This document shows, one piece after another, positions 59,685 to 64,000 of a stretch of DNA of 64,000 bases. Within the stretch, counting starts at the first letter, position 1. Every line of letters starts with the position of its first letter. The notes beneath the pieces were generated by a model, which was given only the letters and a program-made list of their open reading frames with translations, ran no database searches and was not told the DNA's origin. This DNA comes from Sedimentisphaerales bacterium. Its GTDB lineage: Bacteria; Planctomycetota; Phycisphaerae; Sedimentisphaerales; SM23-30. Both the position numbers and the translations under genes were made by a program. Location: contig CAXXFK010000019.1 in the NCBI GenBank assembly GCA_963663965.2, forward strand, positions 32,001-96,000, written 5' to 3'.

Positions 59685-60524
59685 TTATTTCTTTTCCTCC
59701 TGGATGGGGATATCGGCCGGGGGTTTGGTGGGGATGCCGAGGGCGTGGAGGGCTTCTTCGCCGTTCTGCTGGGAGAACGTGTTGAGGGCTTCGTAGCGGT
59801 TGCAGGCGTAACTGAAGACCTGATCGTCAGTTACGCTGTGGTCTTTCATCAATTCGGGCAGGCGGTCTTTGATGTATTCGGGGGCCAATTTGGCTTCGCT
59901 GGGGTGTGTGGGGATTTTGGGGGGATCGGGGATGTGGATGCGGGGCAGGTTGGGAAATGGGTACTCGGGTGGGTAAACATTGGGTTCGTTTGGAACGGGT
60001 TGTAACTGAAGTTGCTGAAGGAGGTTGAGTTTGGCCTGGAAGATTCGATTGAGGTGGGCTTCGTAGCGGGCCAGGCAGTTGAAGGCGGGGGTTTCGAGGG
60101 TGAAGGCCGTGCCGACTTCGTTGTGGCGGGGAAGATAGATACTTGAGTGGGCGAAGGGTTGGTCGATGACGGTGTCTTTGCGGATTTCTTCGTTGGTGAG
60201 GCGGAGTTTATAGACGCGGGCGTCGATCATTTCGGCTTCGATGCGGCCGAGGCGTTCAAGGCGCCAGGCGGCCGAGACGATCTGGTCGGCGATGTGGCGC
60301 TGGAGATAAGTCGTTGGTTTGAGGTCTTGTAACAATGCGGCGCGGAATTCGAGGTAGGTGAGTTCGGACTCGCCGGGGACAATGAGGTGGGCGGGGTCCT
60401 GGCCGCTGAGGCCGTGTTTGATGGCATTCTTTGATGAGATGGCCTTGCCCTCGGGGGTTTTTGGGCCGGTGGATTTCTGGGCGTTACGACGGTTGGCGCG
60501 TAGTCTTCTTAGTGACGATGACAT
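59685..60524 (-). CDS. Conserved hypothetical protein, 'ANRRNAQKSTGPKTPEGK' family (copy 2, 279 aa)
   Basis: RBS AAGGAGG; paralog of 3381-4220. Confidence 0.9.
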   Translation of the reverse strand: MSSSLRRLRANRRNAQKSTGPKTPEGKAISSKNAIKHGLSGQDPAHLIVPGESELTYLEFRAALLQDLKPTTYLQRHIADQIVSAAWRLERLGRIEAEMIDARVYKLRLTNEEIRKDTVIDQPFAHSSIYLPRHNEVGTAFTLETPAFNCLARYEAHLNRIFQAKLNLLQQLQLQPVPNEPNVYPPEYPFPNLPRIHIPDPPKIPTHPSEAKLAPEYIKDRLPELMKDHSVTDDQVFSYACNRYEALNTFSQQNGEEALHALGIPTKPPADIPIQEEKK

Positions 60525-60553
60525 GGTGGGTACCTCCTTGGTTGGGAATTATT

Positions 60554-60588
60554 AATTACGAATTACGAGTTACGAGTTACGAATTACG
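60554..60588. repeat. 7-bp tandem repeat (ARTTACG)x5
   Basis: aattacg aattacg agttacg agttacg aattacg. Confidence 0.85.
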
Positions 60589-60602
60589 AATTTAAAATTG
60601 TG

Positions 60603-61346
60603 GTATCCGCCAAGTGGCGGATGTTCGTTTTATTTTTAGTTAAGCTCAATTCTTGGTTGAGGTTAGGGCGATATTTTTTCATGTTGGGTTTGTTTCGTTT
60701 TATGTTGGTATTCGCTGCGCTCATGGCTGGTTTTATCTTTCGCCTCCGGTGCGAAATCCTGCAGGTACGCCTCTGCGAGGCGTGGGTTTAAAATTTTCTA
60801 CGCTGGTTCGGGTATTCCCGCCAATGAATTGGCGGGCTATGCGCTTTTGATCTCTCCGAGATATTATTTGTATCCGCCATTCGGCGGATGATTTTTTTAT
60901 TTTTCGTTAAGCTCGTTTCATTGTTGGGGTTAGGGCAATATTTTAACCCATTGGCTTTGTTTCGTTTTCTGTTGGTATTCGCTGCGCTCATGGTAAGTTT
61001 TATCTATCTCTTTTGCGAGATATCCTGTCGGTACGCCTCTGCGAGGCGAGGGTTTAAAATTTCAATCTCATGATCGTTACCCAGGGTGGCGCTCGTCCCG
61101 TTATACGGGATTCGCTCTACCCTGGGCTGTTTTATGCCGGCCCGTTGGGCCGCTTTGGGTATCCGCCTGCGGCGGATGTTCGTATAATTTTGGTTAAGTT
61201 TCGTTCGTTGTTCAGGTTAGAGTGATATTTTTTCCTGTTGGCTTTGTTTCGTTTTGTGTTGGTATTCGCTGCTCTCATGTTAGTTTTATCTTTCGCCTCC
61301 GGTGCGAAATCCTGTCGGTACGCCTCTACGAGGCGTGGGTTTAAAA
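60603..61346 (-). repeat. Repeat-spacer array, copy 2 (3 units: 61159-61346, 60870-61059, 60603-60793)
   Basis: Three ~190-bp units with the same conserved blocks as copy 1, separated by two different spacers of about 76 and 99 bp. Confidence 0.92.
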
Positions 61347-61650
61347 TTAAATTTCAATCTCTATCCGGGGCCTTACGGACCCCGGCTAGTTACTTTCGGC
61401 TTTTCAAGCCTTTTATGGCTGGGTTGTCGGGTTGTGTCATATTTGTATATCCCATTTCATTCGTATTGTTAAAACAGCCAAAATAAATTGGCTGGTTGGG
61501 CCTGGTTCGTACGCTATCGCACCAAGCCAAGAATGCACCCATAAGCTGCGCTTGAAGGCGCCACGGTTTATGCGCATAAAATCTCTGTAGGCGTGGCCGG
61601 TTGGGTGTGGGGCACACCGGGGGTTCGGGGGCTATTGGGGCGACTTTGGG

Positions 61651-61679
61651 ATTATAGACTGAGTTGTTGTATTAGTCAA
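61651..61679 (-). promoter_or_regulatory. Sigma70 promoter of array locus copy 2
   Basis: On the minus strand: TTGACT (61679-61674), 17-bp spacer, TATAAT (61656-61651). Confidence 0.82.
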
Positions 61680-61839
61680 AACAAATATTATGTTTTTAAT
61701 TTAAATAACATAAAATTTAAGGTATTATGTTTTTGTGGTAGTTTAGTTTTAGAGGTGAAATTCAGCTGACCTATTCTTAATGGTTTATTAGTTATAGATT
61801 TATGTTGATTTAAGGCGTTGTCAACAAAATAATATACTC

Positions 61840-63383
61840 GTAACATTTTAGCCAACTGAAGCAAATTTTCTAAAATTGTCAAGAAAACGCTTGCGCCCGT
61901 GTTTGTTTTGTGTATGCTTAACAAGCATGAGCATGCATAGTAAAGCCCAACAGATTCTGGCCAACCTGAACGGACCGATGACGGCCGAGCAGGCGCGGGC
62001 GATATTTGCCTTGGGTGAAGAGGCGGTGGTGTTTGCTTTGCTGAAATTGTCGTCGCTTCAGACCGTTTCGCCCGCTTCCACTACGGGGGCGTTGGGGCCT
62101 CACGATCCCTCGTGCTCTTCGGGACAGAAACCGCCGTTTGTCAAAGACAATCTCTCGGACAAGCGGCGTAAGAAACTCAAGGGACGCAAAGCGGGTCATC
62201 CCGGCGTTCGCCGACCGGCTCCTGACCGGGTCGACCGGACCGAAGCGCATCGGGCCGACTGTTGTCCGGATTGCGGCGGCCACCTGAAGCGCTGTGCCGA
62301 GACCCGCGAACGACTGATCGAAGACCTGCCCGCCTCGACCCGCATTGAAGTCGTTCGCCATATCATTCATCGCGACTGGTGTTCCAACTGCCGCAAGATG
62401 GTTGAACCGGTGATTGACGCCGCTCTGCCACGCGCCACCGTTGGCAATGGGATGCTGGTGTTGTGCGCCTGGCTGCATTTTGCCCTGGGCAACACGATTT
62501 CGCAGATTCTGGCGGTGTTCAATTACCATTTGCAATTTAAAATGTCCGGCGGCGGCCTGGTGCAGATGTGGCACCGGCTGGCGACCATTCTGGAAGCCTG
62601 GTACGATGAAATTCTGGCTGACATTCAGAAGGTCGGCGCCTTGTTTGCCGACGAGACGGGCTGGCGGATGGATGGCAAAACCCATTGGCTCTGGTGCTTT
62701 ACCAGCGCGACGGCCACCATCTTTACTATCGAGCAATCGCGGGCCGGGCCGGTGGTGCTGGCGTTTATTAAAGAATGGTTCGACGGCGTGTTGGTGAGCG
62801 ACTTCTGGTACGCTTACAATGTGCTGGATTGCGCCAAACAAAAATGCCTGGTGCACCTGTTGCGCGAGTTGGAGCGGGTCAAAAAATATAAGAACTGCGA
62901 CAGCGACTGGCCCCGGTTTGGCAAATCGCTCAAGCGGTTGCTGCGCGATGCCATCCGTCTGAGCAAGCGGCAGGCGGACCTGGAACCGGCCATCTACCAG
63001 CGGCGTTGCGCCCTCATCGAAAAACGACTGCAAGCGATTCTGGATCATGCCTGGTCCCATCCCGATGCCAAGCGGCTGATAAAACGGCTCAAACGTCATC
63101 AAGCCGAACTGTTTACCTTTTTGTATCATCCGGAAGTGCCCTTCGACAATAACTTCGGCGAACGCAGTATCCGTGGCGCAGTGATCATGCGCAAAAACAG
63201 CTACAACAACCGCAGCCCGCGGGGCGCCCGCATCCAATCCATCCTGATGAGCGTGTTCTACACCCTCAAACAGCGTGGTCTCAATCCGGTCGCCGCTGTC
63301 AAAAAAGCACTGCAAATCTATCTCCAAACGGGTAAATTACCTACTTTAGCCCAATTACCTGCTTCACTTGGCTAAAATCTTAC
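61840..63383 (+). mobile_element. IS66 family element, single-ORF (ISBst12-like), 1544 bp
   Basis: 24-bp TIRs gtaacattttagccaactgaagca and tgcttcacttggctaaaatcttac (2 mismatches), with an 8-bp TSD ATATACTC at 61832-61839 and 63384-63391. Confidence 0.95.
61927..63375 (+). CDS. IS66 family transposase (TnpC)
   Basis: Motifs GRKAGHPG, CPDCG..CSNC zinc finger, ADETGW, LVSD, QKCLVHLLR and DNNFGERSIR. Confidence 0.93.
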   Translation: MSMHSKAQQILANLNGPMTAEQARAIFALGEEAVVFALLKLSSLQTVSPASTTGALGPHDPSCSSGQKPPFVKDNLSDKRRKKLKGRKAGHPGVRRPAPDRVDRTEAHRADCCPDCGGHLKRCAETRERLIEDLPASTRIEVVRHIIHRDWCSNCRKMVEPVIDAALPRATVGNGMLVLCAWLHFALGNTISQILAVFNYHLQFKMSGGGLVQMWHRLATILEAWYDEILADIQKVGALFADETGWRMDGKTHWLWCFTSATATIFTIEQSRAGPVVLAFIKEWFDGVLVSDFWYAYNVLDCAKQKCLVHLLRELERVKKYKNCDSDWPRFGKSLKRLLRDAIRLSKRQADLEPAIYQRRCALIEKRLQAILDHAWSHPDAKRLIKRLKRHQAELFTFLYHPEVPFDNNFGERSIRGAVIMRKNSYNNRSPRGARIQSILMSVFYTLKQRGLNPVAAVKKALQIYLQTGKLPTLAQLPASLG

Positions 63384-63489
63384 ATATACTCTGTGTTATA
63401 TAAAGACCCGTTGATCGAATCATAGTTACTGTGTTTTATTATAATCAGAGCGATATCAATCATGCCCATTTAATGAACACGGAAAGAAT

Positions 63490-64000
63490 ATGGCTTTAAA
63501 CTTAAATTTAATACAATCATGTCTGGTAGTGTTTGTCATATTGATGACGAGCCGTTTAACCGTAGCGGTAGAAATGGAACTGGGACAAGTTGAAAAAACA
63601 CCTAAGGATTTGTACGGATTCAATTGCAATCTATTGATGGCGATTGCTTTTGAGGGCGTCACTACTGGCGGGGTGGAAATGGAGAACGCAATAGCCGATT
63701 TAAAACCGGCAGGATTACGCTTTCCTGGGGGCACTATAGCAAACAATTATTTATGGCAGAAAGATTCCTTTTCCGAACAGAAAGACGATTTGACCCAATG
63801 GGCCGGTAAACAGATCGATCTTTTTCGCAAGATGGGCAAGCCTTATGATTTGCCGGGCTATATCCGGCAATGCCGTCAGTATCAACTAAACCCGATCTGG
63901 GTATTAAATATCTACGAAGAAACTCCGGAAAGCGCGGTAGCGTTAATGGAAAAACTGGCAGGGATGAGATTGAAAGTCAAAATGGTTGAAATGGGCAATG
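63490..64000 (+). CDS. Secreted clan GH-A glycoside hydrolase-like protein (GH51/GH79-like), partial
   Basis: Manual translation: MALNLNLIQSCLVVFV...LYGFN...LRFPGGTIANNYLW...WVLN...VEMGN, running off the window. Confidence 0.75.
   Translation, partial: MALNLNLIQSCLVVFVILMTSRLTVAVEMELGQVEKTPKDLYGFNCNLLMAIAFEGVTTGGVEMENAIADLKPAGLRFPGGTIANNYLWQKDSFSEQKDDLTQWAGKQIDLFRKMGKPYDLPGYIRQCRQYQLNPIWVLNIYEETPESAVALMEKLAGMRLKVKMVEMGN

Noticed and set aside
2564..61661. Composite transposon or genomic island bounded by the inverted copies
   Set aside because: The interior holds ordinary chromosomal genes (ald, aminotransferase, comF), the copies have diverged, and I found no TSD or transposase motif.
61918..63327. 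469-aa antisense ORF
   Set aside because: It is the shadow of the GC-rich IS66 transposase and has no recognisable motifs.

Overview
Bacterial chromosomal window, most likely from a Planctomycetota (Phycisphaerae/Sedimentisphaerales-like) genome. This is inferred from the PEP-CTERM protein, three PQQ-like beta-propellers, two DUF1080 proteins and dockerin-like C-termini. Ordinary content includes glycoside hydrolases (GH92, GH2, a partial clan-A enzyme), ald, an MscK-like channel, ComF, a UDPGP-type pyrophosphorylase, a CzcCBA-type efflux operon, an aminotransferase, and a response regulator/sigma/histidine kinase cluster. Two IS elements have clear ends and target-site duplications: an IS5-like element that splits a phosphatase gene, and a single-ORF IS66. 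There is also a MITE-like element. The most unusual feature is a locus present twice in inverted orientation (2546-4220 on +, 59685-61679 on -). Each copy has a consensus sigma70 promoter, then a long hairpin-rich leader with an array of ~190-bp repeats (2 versus 3 units) separated by REP-like spacers, then a conserved 279-aa protein starting 'ANRRNAQKSTGPKT'. A second candidate system is a three-gene operon encoding a membrane protein, a PspA/ESCRT-III-like protein and an AAA+ ATPase (14555-18128). I found no CRISPR array, tRNA or rRNA. All family assignments come from recognising motifs by eye; no database search was run.
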